A DNA stretch of 64,000 nt from Octopus bimaculoides. Lineage: Eukaryota. Numbering within the stretch: position 1 is the first letter of the stretch; every line of letters begins with the position of its first letter. Of this stretch, positions 11,282-23,947 are shown one piece after another. The stretch spans positions 69,334,894 through 69,398,893 of the forward strand of contig NC_068984.1 in NCBI RefSeq assembly GCF_001194135.2, given 5' to 3'. The notes beneath the pieces were generated by a model, which was not told the origin of the DNA, ran no database searches, and saw nothing but the letters and a program-made list of their open reading frames with translations. A program made the position numbers and the translations under genes.

Positions 11282-12600
11282 TGACAAAAACGTGAACAGA
11301 AAATTTGCTTTTAATTTTGTGCATGATACCCAGGTTAAAAACCTGAGGGAAGCATGGCAACTGTTATTGCAAAGATCACAAAATGAATAGTAAGGATTAA
11401 ACACGATGAGATTATGGTAATACCAATGTGAAAGGAACTGCAGTGTACTATCAGTCCAGAAGAAACCTGTTGGACAAGAGAATCTATAGATCTTGGACAG
11501 AAAACTTTAGTACAGCCTAAACTAAAGTGTCACCCAAAGAAATTAGTCCAGAACTGGCTACTCTCTGTGACAAAATTATGGAAGTGATGTTCCTTGAGGA
11601 ATGTTACCATCCCTGCAATCATGTTGAAGAGCAAAGCTATGATCAGAACTTAGGAAAGCAAATGAAGTTGTCATGAGAATTCTGAATGAAGACATCACAG
11701 AATTATATTCCTTGATATATATCACTGCTTATATCACCACAGAGAAGATGGAAATACTTAGAGAACAGAAAGAACAGAGAAACTAAGAACCATTCTAGAA
11801 AAGGAGAATAAAGGTGAACATTCATAGATGGTGGAAGGATTTAAGTAAGATCAAGGAAGTAAAGAAAGGAAATATGAGGATCAAGGAAACTGAATGGAAC
11901 TACATAAATAAGAAATAGTACCTGGTGGATGCTTTGTCTATCTCAGATATGCTAAAGTAAAAGCTGAAAACAAGCGAAGATAAGATCAAAAGATATGGTG
12001 AAAGATGCCTACAGTTCAAACAAATTCAACTGTTCAGAAAAAATTCATAAACTGTTCCACAAAATTCTGGATGGAGATAAGGAAGAGTCAGGGTTACCTG
12101 GTGCCAAAGAAGGGACTTAATTCTGGAGTAAGATCTGGTCAGAGGATGCAAAAACAACAACAAGGCACACTAGTTTCATTTAGTGGAAGAAGAATTCAGT
12201 GACATGGAGATACAAGGGGACATTGCCATCGGAATGGAAAACATACAAGCAGGAATTGGCAAGATGAAAAATTGAATGGCATGTTGCTTGGACTTAGTTC
12301 AGGGATTTTGCTTCAAGGGTTTGGCAAATTTACACCATAAACTACAAAAGCTCCTGCAAGCCTGTGTACAGCAAGGTATTGTACCAGAATGGATGGTAAA
12401 AGGAAGAACTGTATTGAGCCAGAAGGACCCAGCCAAGGGTGTTGTGGTTAGTAACTATCAGCTTGTTTACCTATGATGCGAAAGCTTCTAACTGGAATAA
12501 TGAGAAAGAAATTGTACTACCATCTTGAAAGAACTGAACAATAAGAACTGAAAGAACTGAACAGAAGAGTTGCAGGAAGGGATTGCAAAGAATGAATTAG
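11281..12600 (+). mobile_element. Decayed R4/Dong-like (RLE-type) non-LTR retrotransposon, pre-RT and RT N-terminal region
   Basis: RRIKVNIHRWWKDLSKIKE; DLVQGFCFKGLANLHHKLQKLLQACVQQGIVPEWMVKGRTVLSQKDPAKGVVVSNYQ; KLLTGIM; EQKSCRKG. These follow the recalled pattern WM..GRT.LI.KDP.KG....NYRPI.CL..MWKLLTG. Many stops and frameshifts. Confidence 0.7.
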
Positions 12601-13029
12601 ACAGACAAACATCATGCTGTCTTCACTTCAGCTTAGAAGCTACTAAGGTATCAGGAAAAAAAGACTTGTTAGAGATCAAGTTTGTCACTGTTTTTGGGTC
12701 AGTTTTAATTTATAGTCTTGTTTATCAAATCTTTGTATATCAAAATCTAAGGCCAAGGAACAGGGAGCAGTGTCTGTTAGGAAAGGGGCTGAGGGAGTCG
12801 GCAGAAATCATAGTGGGTATAGTCATAAAGCTATCAAGATTAATTTGAAGCAATATAATGAGATTTGGTAGAGGAAAATATTAAATCAAGATGTTAGTTA
12901 TCAATTAAAGGGGCAAGACTCTAGTAAAACCAATGATGATAATACAGGGGAAATTTTATCATGGGGTACAATAGTTCAGTACTTTAAACAATATTGCTAT
13001 ATTGTATAAAGTTAAAATCTAAGATTATC

Positions 13030-13108
13030 ACGAAGAGTCCTCAGTCAAATCGTCCAACCCATGCTAGCATGGAAGGCGGACGTTAAATGATGATGATGAT
13101 GATGATGA
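13030..13108 (+). mobile_element. RTE 3' tail fragment with (GAT)n
   Basis: GTCCTCAGTCAAATCGTCCAACCCATGCTAGCATGGAAGGCGGACGTTAAATGATGATG. Confidence 0.8.
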
Positions 13109-13959
13109 TTATTATTAAGAAGAATATTATAGCCAAAAGGATAACATTTTTGAATACTTTTGAGTATATACCAAAATTTACCACAATAGAGGGAGGAAAG
13201 AAATTACATAGAAATAGTTTAATATTTATTCATATTATATACTTAAATATTAACTTATTAGATGGTATCTATGAAGATTGATCATTGGCATTTACTGGTA
13301 TTTAAGAAAGGAGTACTGAGGCGAAAGAACATGCTAACTATATATTAATTAAATTTTAATCTAAGCAGTTTATTATAACTTGTGAAGATACCGGTCCTGT
13401 TATATAGAAGCTAAGTATGATTTTCTTGGGGTACAAAAAATTAGGTTTATTTCATAAAGGCTATTATAAAAGAATAAAACGATCAGGTGGGGTAGAACAC
13501 CATAGAAAAGGAATACAATAGCTTAATCACTAAAACCATGATGAAGTTTATATACCTTATTAACATTAATAGAGAAGATTTATAGAAAATGTGTAATAAT
13601 TCAAGTATTTATGCAGCTGAGGATTGCTCTGCATTTAAGTTGATGTAATGGTTGCATTGTTCAATTAAATGGAGTCATGATTGTGCTGCATTACCTCTGG
13701 ATATCCTGTTGCTTATTTTGATTATATAATATATATGTATATATATATAACTTTTATAAGTAATATTCTAAAAGAAATATTCTAAAAAGAATATATAACT
13801 GAACTTATGTTGAGTGCTCAATTATCTTGAGCAAATAAATGTGTATATATGTGTTTTTATATCATTAATAAATTCGTAGAACTCATCAATAATAATATTA
13901 AATATTGATTTCCTGAATATAATATTGATGAATTCTACGAAGTTATTAATGATATAAAA

Positions 13960-13994
<35 letters not shown>

Positions 13995-13996
13995 GT

Positions 13997-14280
13997 GGTG
14001 GCGCAATGGCCCAGTGGTCGGAGGCTCGCAGTTTCGATTCTCAGGTGTTGTGTGTGTTTATTGAGCGAAAACACCTAGAGCTCCACGAGGCTCAGGCAGG
14101 GGGTGGTGGCAACCCCTGTTGTACTCTTTTGCCCCAACTTTCTCTCACTCTTTCTTCTTGTTTCTTGAGTAAAACTGCAATGGACTGGCGTCTCGTCCAG
14201 CTGGGTGGGGAGAACACATACGCCTTAGAAACCGGGAAGCTGTGCCCATGAGCCTGGCTAGGCTTTAAAAGGGCGCATAA
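13997..14280 (+). mobile_element. tRNA-derived SINE family C head joined to a V-domain-like module
   Basis: GGCGCAATGGCCCAGTGG head and body shared with 17795-18180, then CTGCAATGGACTGGCGTCTCGTCCAG, similar to the recalled V-SINE domain CTGCGATGGACTGGCGACCTGTCCAG. Confidence 0.7.
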
Positions 14281-14499
14281 TATAAAAAAATATATATATA
14301 TATATGTATGTATTATGGATGTATACATACCATGTGAATAAGTATTTTTAACACATATATCCCTGTCCATAAACTTTGCTAAAATCTCACATTCTTCGCT
14401 TTCTTTGTAATAAATTTGTTATATTGAAAATTGTACCTTTTTTTTTATTTTGGTATACATAAAAGATATCTTTTTTTTAGGAATAAATTTCCTGCAGCG

Positions 14500-15700
14500 G
14501 CCTGAAAGAGCTAGTTTATGTTTTTAATCTGGTCCTAGAAAGACATACAAGTTTGACACCATTGTTTAAGCCAATATAATAGCTGAATTTACAGCGTTCA
14601 TGTTGGCAATCGAATTTACAAATTACATTGGTTTTTCCTACTTCTAAATAGTTGTTGATAAGTTTTTTAATTTTAGCATTTTGTAATAAATTATTAGAGA
14701 TAAATTATTTTTCAGTGTATTTTGTGAGTTATTTTACTAAAGTTTAAATAATGTGCTTGTCTTTTCTATAGTTAGTCTGCATCGTATTCGGGCAATGATA
14801 TGCTTTCTATGTTCTTTGTGTATTTTTTACGAGTGTAGTGTATCTGATGTATTTGCTGTGGTGTATATCTTCTAGTATCATTTTGTTACTTGGTTAATTA
14901 GTTTGTTGGAATGCCTGCTGTTGACAAATTACTGTTATATTCTGTTCATTTGTTTGCCTAGTATTTTGTTCGTGTAGAAGAATCTAAATGCTTTTCAAAG
15001 TAAGGATCTTATCGAGAAGATTTTTACATGTGTTGACATTCATTATCTTCACATAAGTATATGCAATTATCTTTAACATTGGTGTAAACAGAGGAAATAA
15101 CGCATCTGTTGTTTCTTTACCTGAAAGTTTATGCATAAAATTGGAGTTTTGGGTGTTAAATTTTAGTTCAGTTTTGTTTTCTACATCTTCTTTTAAAACC
15201 TCAAAATATTTCTAGGAAGTTTATTATATGTTATTCATATTCCTGGTGTGCATTACATATTAATATTTTGGCAATACTTAGCCATGTAGAATGCAATGGT
15301 TAAGATGTTGGCCACCAAAACTTCTTCAGATTTTCAATAATTACCTGACCCATTGATTTATTTTACTTTGATGATTAAACTTCACCTGATTATAGGATTT
15401 TCAATCCTTCAGTCCTTCAAATTCAAAATGAACTTTGACAGTAAAATAAAACTGCTTTTATCTGTTGCAAGAAATAAATTTGCTGTGTATATCATATTCA
15501 AGAAAATTCAAGATTTTTTGAGGATGTCTAATAAAATTAAAGTATATCTGGGGTTATCACCATATCTATCAAAGATCAAAATTACTGTCCATGGTAGGCT
15601 TTTGTTAGTTGGTCTAATGACATTTTGGGAAGTTTAACTCTTTGAAGAGTATTCCTAATCATGTTCCTTTGCACTGGAATTATAAATTCTTTTAAAAAAG
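14500..15700 (-). mobile_element. Highly decayed retroelement, possibly Penelope-like (RT/GIY-YIG)
   Basis: A-rich minus strand with a weak CKFDCQHERCKFSYYIG (GIY-YIG-like) fragment. No intact motif. Confidence 0.3.
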
Positions 15701-17364
15701 TTATATTTTAATAAATGATGTTCATTTCAACATATTCAGTATAGTATCTTGTATTTAACTATATGTTCTTCATACAAAAAGCACCCTTGGAGAAAATTTT
15801 CAATATTTGGGAAAATATTAATTTCATCTATAAACCATCAGAAATATTCCTACCTTGCCTTTAATTCAATTATAGACAGGCTAGTTATCTGCAACAACCA
15901 ACTCTCAAGAAATAAGCTAAGAATCTTAGCCTTTAAACAATTACACTATATCATTTTCATTTTGCCATTTCTCTCACAACTCCCATTCTTCTTATTTCAT
16001 CTTTGTCCTTCCACTACAAGAAATACACCCTTTACCTCACTAACTTTTCATCTTCTCTGTACATGCACACACACACATACATGTACACATAAATAGATAC
16101 ATATATATATATATGTATATACACATCTATCTCTTTATGAGCATTTATATCTATTGAATTATCTATGTATTTATCTAACAACCTTTATATATGTATGTAT
16201 GTATGTATGTATGCATGCATGTATCTATACGGGTACTATGAATGTATACGTATACTTATTATGAACAGTCAAATCAGAATATTGAAATCATGAGAGAAAC
16301 ATCTAATCCTAATAAAGCAGAGGAGTTAGCAAGAGTTAAATTAGAAAGAGACATTTTGAAAAGGTGTGTCAGTTAGTTAGTTACAATTTAAACAGGACTA
16401 TCATAATAACATAATAATCAATCAGTACAAACATATCTACCTGCATACACCCACACATATATCTTTGTATGCTTGCATATATGTATGTACGCTTGCATGC
16501 ATATGTATGTATGCATATCTAGATCATTGTTTACATATCACATAGTTCTCAGTGTGCAGGCTAATTAATTCAAATCCATTTTTATTATATTTATTCTGCT
16601 ACTCTGTTATCTAAGAAAGAAATCTAAATAAATTTTGCTGGCAATTTACAGCTCTGCAAAATTATGACACCTTCGATAAATTCTTAATGAAATGAAATGC
16701 CATAAGTTGGATATATGCAAGTTCGATATATGAAATTATTTAATTTTCTTAGTAATCTGATGCACTATCTTTGACATCTATATTATGAATAATACAGTAG
16801 CGAGTGCATTGGGTAATATATCTGGCTGAAAATTACAGTTAGTTAAGGTTGTCCTTCTATAATCTCTGTTCAAATTCTTCCAAGGTCAAAAAAAAAAAAA
16901 AGAATTACTCCAATTAACATACCAATCAAATATAGCCATGTGTTGCTAAAGTTTGACATTGTATTTGATAACAAAACAATATAAGAGTAATTAAAAGCAG
17001 AAATAAACTCATATCATCATAAAATCTGTAAATTAAGACAAAGTACATAGGATGGGTTGATGCAATTTTCATACATTTTACTGCTTTTTAAAATATCTTA
17101 GTTGATATTTTATGATAGATGTGTAAAATCTGCATCTGGACAGGCTAACAACTAATGATTTTCCCCTCGAATGTGGCAAACTCATTATTCTCAAATATAT
17201 ATTTCTGTTGACTTTATTTTATTTTAAAACCAACCATTTTCTACTAATTGCTAATTTTACAAAATTTGTAAATTTATATTTCTTTACCTACATCTTGTTT
17301 AAAGTAATTACAACTTACTTAAAGTAATTATGACTATAATGTTTTGTACATTATTCATAACATG

Positions 17365-17515
17365 CTCATCATCATCGTTTAACGTCCACTTTCCATGCTA
17401 GCATGAGTTGGACGATTTGACTGAGGACTGGTGAAACCGGATGGCAACACCAGGCTCCAATCTAATTTGGCAGAGTTTCTACAGCTGGATGCCCTTCCTA
17501 ACGCCAACCACTCAG
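17365..17515 (-). mobile_element. RTE 3' UTR/tail fragment
   Basis: CATCATCATCGTTTAACGTCCACTTTCCATGCTAGCATG...GGATGCCCTTCCTAACGCCAACC. Confidence 0.8.
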
Positions 17516-17794
17516 ACAAATTCACAACAATATTTGTAGTAGGGTTCGTTCTTCGAGAATGACTAATGTTTAAAGACTCTATATATTACAAGCACAATAT
17601 AACCAAATGATATCAGATTGTTCGACACCAATGTTTCTGTGTAATTTCACCAATTCATTGGCAGTGTCCACCTTGGTCATTCAGAGCTAGTTATAAACTT
17701 TCATTCAGATATAGGAATTGGCAAACAAAATATTTGCTGATGTGTATGGAAATCTCACAGGTTGAAGTAAACAAGGCATATACACTTGAAATAA

Positions 17795-18180
17795 TTTGTT
17801 TGTTGGCACTCGGTCGCTTACGATGTCGAGGGTTCCAGTTGATCCAATCAACGGAACAGCCTGCTCATGATATTAACGTGCAAGTGGCTGAGCATGCCAC
17901 AGACACGTGTGCCCTTAACGTAGTTCTCGGGGAGATTCAGCGTGACACAGTGTGACAAGGCTGACCCTTTGAATTACAGGCACAACAGAAACAGGAAAAA
18001 AGACTGAGAGAAAATTGTGGTGAAAGAGTACAGCAGGGTTCGCCACCATCCCCTGCCAGAGCCTCGTGGAGCTTTATGTGTTTTCACTCAATAAACACTC
18101 ACAACGCCTGGTCTGGGAATCGAAACTGCGATCCTATAACCGCAAGTCCGCTGCCCTAACCACTGGGCCATTGCACCTCC
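17795..18180 (-). mobile_element. Full-length tRNA-derived SINE family C with tail module X
   Basis: Minus strand GGTGCAATGGCCCAGTGGTTAGGGCAGCGGAC (A-box) ...GTTTCGATTCCC (B-box) ...GGTCAGCCTTGTCACAC...GAGTGCCAACAAACAAA tail. Confidence 0.85.
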
Positions 18181-18695
18181 ACTCTTGAAATTCTCTTGAA
18201 ATAATAGCCAACAAAATTACAATGTATACATTATAAGACATTCATGTACAGACAAATCTAAAACAAAACTTGTTGTGGGATCAAGTCTCAGAAAATAACT
18301 TCAAGTTATTCATGAATGGGTATAGATTTTCTAGAACCTTAAACTATATTTTCAAAACTCCATAGGACACCTAGATATGCTTTGAGGTGCAACAAAGCAC
18401 TACAGAGCAGCATAATGCTTAGGTACTGCAAACTGACAAAACAAAAGCTTACATTATTGGTATTGCTGCTACTATAAATACTGTTTGCAGAAAAGAACAA
18501 TTTTATGGAACCAATTTTTTTCTTTGGTATATATATATATTTACAGCTATGTGCAACAGATGTTGAATGTCGAGTGAGGTATGACTTTGCAGCCCTATGA
18601 CTCAAACCATTCCAGATATGACCATCTTATTTTTACACTCAGTTATACTGAAGACATGGAATGTTAAGTAGTTTGCAAAGGTAAAATGAAAATAT

Positions 18696-19085
18696 CTCTC
18701 TCTTTTACTTGTTTCAGTCAATTGACTGCGGCCATGCTGGAGCACCGCCTTTAGTCGAGCAAATCGACCCCAGGACTTATTATTTGTAAGTCTAGTACTT
18801 ATTCTATCGGTCTCTTTTGCTGAACTGCTAAGTTACGGGGACGTAAACACACCAGCATCGGTTGTCAAGTGATGTTGGGGGGGCAAACACAGGCACACAA
18901 ACACACACATATCTATATATATATATATATATACACATATATACGACGAGCTTCTTTTAGTTTCCGTCTACCAAATCCACTCACAAGGCTTTGGTCGGCC
19001 CGAGGCTATAGTAGAAGACACTTGCCCAAGGGGCCACGCAGTGGGACTGAACCCGGGACCATGTGGTTGGTAAGCAAGCTACTCC
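18696..19085 (-). mobile_element. SINE family A (head slightly truncated)
   Basis: Reverse complement of the family A consensus. Confidence 0.85.
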
Positions 19086-19627
19086 TACGCCTCCTATCAT
19101 TCATTTTTTTTCCCAACATTTCTGTGAAAAGAATCATCATTGTACATCAATATATATTCAAGCTAAAATATTCATTTTGTTTGCTAGAATATTTCAACCA
19201 GTGTAACTTCCTGGCTTCTCCAGATGATTGTTGTATTTTGGTCATGTTCAAGGAATTTCAAACTAAATACATCACTCAAACCACTATTCTCATTCTAATG
19301 TCAATGTCCAGGAAGAGTGAAAATTTACCCCATGGATTGGATAAGGGTTTTGGAATTCAAAGAATATTATTGGTTATGACAGGCACTTGAAGAAAGCTAG
19401 AGATCATAACTGGCAAAATGCTGTGACCTGAGTCAAAATCGATCAGTGAATATTAAACAAAATATTACATGCTCAATATGATGAAAATGGATATGCGTAA
19501 CATATGGTCACATCTTCTTTTGAGGACACAATCAAGTTTCAATGTGCTGCTGCTGCTCTCTCTCTCATTCTATTATAATGCGTTTGTTAATATTTATCCT
19601 TAAGTAATTTTATGCAAGTTCCCTTAA

Positions 19628-20636
19628 CCCTTTCGTCACTAACCCGGCCGTAGCCGGCCGAGCGTACCCATTGTTATTTAAATGTATATCTGAACCCAAA
19701 TCTCGTTAATACATTCGTTAAAACACCTGATTCACTTTGCAAACAGTTAAGTTATTGTCTCCGACATTGTTTGGCGTGATATTTGAACTCAGGGAATTTT
19801 GGAAGATTTTTTTCCACATTTTTTGCGGCGTTGATTTTTTTCAACTTTGAAGATGGAGAGGAGTTTCATGCTATCAAGCAGTGATTCCGAATTTGAAGGT
19901 TTTTCAACAGAAGATATGGAGATGTCGAAGAAAAGAATGAATGAGCTACAAAAGCATGTGGTAGACGATAATGAATCGGATATTTCTGTATCCGAAACTG
20001 AAAGCAGCGACGGCGATAGCGATGATGATATTACACCAGAATGGAGTAAAGATTTAAAAATTATTTTTATTAACAAATTTTCTGAGGAGACAGGGTCTAC
20101 CCATAGTCTTTCTCAGGAAGCGAAACCTTTACACTTCTTTTTCATGCTTGTTTGAAATGATTACTGCGGAAACAAACCGTTACGCGGATTGTAAGCAAAC
20201 CGGAAAAAAAAAGATAGCTTGTAGTTTCCTGCAACTGTAGATGAAATACGGGCATTTTTTACCATAAATATTATTATGGGTATCAGACAGTTACCCAGAA
20301 TAACAAATTACTGGAGCGATCAGGAACCTTTTGGCGATGAATATATTTCCAGTATTATGAACGAGTACGATTTGTGAAGCTGAACCAATATTTACATGTG
20401 AGAGACACTAGCAGACCCCCCCCCCCTCAGTACGTGGAGAACTTTGAGACAAAAATTATGCAATAGAATTGATTAAGAACCCTTTCTTTAATTATGTTCC
20501 AAATATCACATTAATATGTTGATAAATAAAAAAGTTACAGGTGTTTAATGAGACTAGTCTAAATTCATGATTATTTTAGAATTTAATTGAAACTCATGAG
20601 GGTTGTATTTTGGTCAGAAATATAGTAACGAAAGGG
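19628..20636 (+). mobile_element. piggyBac internal-deletion derivative with TTAA target sites
   Basis: TTAA(19624-19627)|CCCTTTCGTCACTA ... TAGTAACGAAAGGG|TTAA(20637-20640): 14-bp TIRs with 1 mismatch. Confidence 0.9.
19847..20420 (+). pseudogene. piggyBac transposase N-terminal fragment (frameshifted, truncated before the catalytic core)
   Basis: Acidic N-terminus SSSDSEFEGFS...ESSDGDSDDD, then ITAETNRYAD...TVDEIRAFFTINIIMGIRQLPRITNYWSDQEPFG. This fits the piggyBac ETN.YA...EI.AF.G..I.MG....P....YWS pattern. Confidence 0.85.
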
Positions 20637-21111
20637 TTAATACATTTGTCTGAACAAATGAAAATATGATGTACAAAGCTAGGATTCGAAAAAATTAATC
20701 TTCAAGTCATATATACATACATGAGTGTGTGCGTGTATACTAGCAATACATCCCGGCGTTGCCTGGGTGTTATAATCTACAGGCACATTGTATTATTTAT
20801 GTATTTTTTATGGGTAGAAGCAGCACATGAGGAGCATGAAGCAAACAACTCTTTTTTATAAACATGTTTTTCAGTCATTTTGTGATGAACAATGCTGAAA
20901 TTGTTGTCACCAAAAACATGTAGAATAGCAGCTTAAATTAGAATGCAATCCCAAAAATGCCCCAAAATGACCTAGACTTTCAGATGTAAAGAACTGGATG
21001 ACAAATAGAATGTAGAGGTATATCTGTATTGCAGAAAGTAAGGTAAACGGAAAGAAAGCTGTTTCTTTGTGCAAAACACCATCTCTGTAATGTTTGAGCA
21101 GACTGCACACT

Positions 21112-22683
21112 TCAACATATGTTAAGTGAAGCCGACAATGCTTCTGGGTAAACTATGTTTTGCGTAAGTCCAGTGTTGGTAGAATAAATATACAAGTCAT
21201 CTGCACTGCTAACTCGAGAGTATGAGATATATAGTTGTCCATGAGAAAAGCAAGGTAGTTGTAAATTGAGACCCACAATTTTTAAAGTTTGACCTTGGGC
21301 TTTGTTGATTGTCATGGCAAAGCACAATTGCACTGGGGACTGGAGGCGCTTGAATTGAAATGGCACATTTGAAGGAATAAGGGATATGCATGGAATGTAT
21401 GGGATCTCTCCTCAATGGCAGCCAGCAATAATGGTTGCTTCTAGGACATGACTTGTCATTGTAGTTATAATCAATCTTGTACCATTGTATAGTCGCGGTG
21501 GATCCAAATTCCTCAAGAGCATGATAAGTGCACCTTTCTTTAGGAACAACTTATGCAGTGGCAGTCCTGTGGGTTGTAGGGTGTAGAGAAATTCAACTGC
21601 ATACTCAACAGCGGTATGTTCGTCGATGGTAGTATCAATGGAGACAAACATTGAAGCATCTCCAGGTAGAATGTGGAGGAGTTCATGGTTTACTTTATCA
21701 ATGCTTTCATTCTGAAGTGCTAAAATTGCTCTCTCTGCAAACCATGCTATGTTTTTGAAGTTGTCTTGTGATGTGGAAAATACCTTTTCTTTAAGCTCGG
21801 TCAATGTAGGCACCATGTGGCCACATTGCAGGACATGCTGCTGCAGGGTGTTATTCAATGGTAAGGTGCCATTTCTAATTTGTAGAAGTTGATGAGAGAA
21901 TTCCTCAGCTAAAGGGTCGTTGAAGTGTTGAGCTCGCATATTCTTGCTTAATGAAAGCTGTTGAACAAACCTCCACAGAAGTGAAGACTTCAGACATGCA
22001 TAGATCTCATCAGCTCACGTATCTCGTGCTATGACTGGTAATATTTGACAGAAATCTCCTGCAAGGACAACAGTTAAGCCCCCCCCCCCATAACGGTAGT
22101 ACTGTTTCTAATATCCCTTAGTGCCATCGTGCATTCATCCCAGACAATAAGTGTAGTTTGGAGCAGAACTTCCACCGTCGGTGATCGCTTTGAAATATTG
22201 CAAATTTGGGCATCCGTTGAAGTGAAATCAAAAGGTAATTTGAACGTTGAGTGAGCCGTTCGTCCACGTGTTAACAAAGTTGCCACTATCCCTGATGATG
22301 CAACTGCAATCGCTATGTTTCCCATCCGCCTTTTTCGTTGCCAGAAGTAGGTCAAGTGGAAACGTTTTCCCCATTCCTCCTAGTGCATCAATGAAGAAAA
22401 GACGTCCTTCTCTTTGCAAGGTAGACACTTCTATTTCATTGTAAACAGACCTTTGCTCATCTTGCAATGATGGTTGACTTTCATCAAGTTGTCTTTTCAG
22501 AGCATTCAAGTCATATGCTCTTTCTCTAATGACTTCTCTTGAAAGGCTGTGAAGTTCAGCTGAAGGTGTTGGAATGTCATAGTTGGATAAGCTTTTGCCC
22601 CCAATGGAATTAAGCATGTTTTCTAAATGCCGTAATGCTTCGGTGTATTTAACATCCGAGTAGGAGACCCTTGGCCCATGCAA
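21112..22683 (-). pseudogene. Helitron PIF1-family helicase domain (fragmented)
   Basis: ORFs 22228-22683, 22074-22355, 21412-21939 and 21112-21366 are colinear PIF1 fragments separated by frameshifts and stops. Confidence 0.9.
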
Positions 22684-23374
22684 CTGTCGATCTTCATGGA
22701 GTATGTCATCAGATAGGCTGTCTTAGTGGTTTTCCCAAAGTTGTAATGGATTCAGTAAATGGCAATGGTTCAACATGATGGTGAAGAAACTTCTTCGTTA
22801 GTAAGCTGTGCATGCAGTTGCTGCATCAGAAAGAGCTAAACTCCAGTGACCGCTATCTTCGAGAAGATCTTGTAGTTGGTAGGCTTTTTGAAATGTTTCG
22901 CAAATCTAGGAGTTTACTATTTTAACGTCTTTGAATGACGTTGGTCAAGAAACTTTGTGGGATAGCATCCGGAGACAGTAGCATTCGAAGTTTTTGAGGT
23001 GGACCGTATAAACTCGACCTAGAGCATTACTTCTTTTATGTGTGGATGCTCTTTAACGGTTACACCAAGCTTTCTTCTCTTCCACTTCTTAACATGGTTA
23101 TTCCAGGTGTAATACTTCGGTACGTCTGGGTAGAAGATGGTCGCGGCGAATGCATCACATTTACATAGGTCAAAGAATGCTGTGAGAGTCGTCGCCTGTG
23201 GCGCATATATTTGTCCTCTAACTCTTTTGGGATTCACTGGATGAAAATAAAAATTTTGGCCATTTTCTAAACGAACAGAGAGGTGAACAACTGTGGGATA
23301 TCTGTCATGGTTGGGGAAATGGAGTCTCCAAACGGTTTCATTACATGCTTGCATATCGGCCCATTAGAATATTG

Positions 23375-23947
23375 GGATCTTTTTTAAAACGGGGGCCACA
23401 TTTTTCATTAACGATACACTTTGAAACTTGGAACACTGGTAGAATGTGTCATATAAAACATCTTTTTCTCTTAGTCTTCTTAAAAAAAAAAGAAATCCAT
23501 AAATTATTCCATGTTAAAGTTGTCGTATTTCTGTAATTTCAACCAATCACTGGCGTCCATTCAGCCGATATACATTAAGTGCCGACTACATAAACAAACG
23601 ATTCTGAAACAATTAACCCTAACCCTAACCGTAGGGTTAGGGTTATGGTTAGGGTTAAAGCAAATTTAAAATGAAAAAAGCAAATAAAACGAAGGTATGG
23701 AGATTAAATACGCTTTACATCGCTTAATCAGCCAAGGAGTAAATGTAAACAACTGAATACTTGTCAGTGATTGGTTGACATTATCGAAATAAGACAATTT
23801 TTTACATGAAATAAATTCGAATACAAAAATATTTTTCTGTTCTATAACACAAAATAGATAAGTATACGAAGTTTCAAAGTCTTTCGGTACCAAAAACACT
23901 ACGTAAAACATTAATGAAAAATGTGGCCCCCGTTTTAAAAAAGATCC
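23375..23947. mobile_element. 573-bp fold-back MITE, Merlin-like by GG termini and 8-bp TSD
   Basis: Perfect 37-bp TIR GGATCTTTTTTAAAACGGGGGCCACATTTTTCATTAA. GAATATTG is duplicated at 23367-23374 and 23948-23955. Further internal inverted segments (CTTTGAAACTT; TCAACCAATCACTG). Confidence 0.85.
23613..23658. repeat. Inverted telomere-like repeats (CCCTAA)n/(TTAGGG)n at the MITE centre
   Basis: TTAACCCTAACCCTAACCGTAGGGTTAGGGTTATGGTTAGGGTTAA. Confidence 0.9.

Noticed and set aside
23613-23658. Interpretation as an ancestral chromosome-fusion scar
   Set aside because: Orientation is CCCTAA then TTAGGG, whereas fusions give TTAGGG then CCCTAA. It is also very short and sits inside a TSD-flanked MITE.
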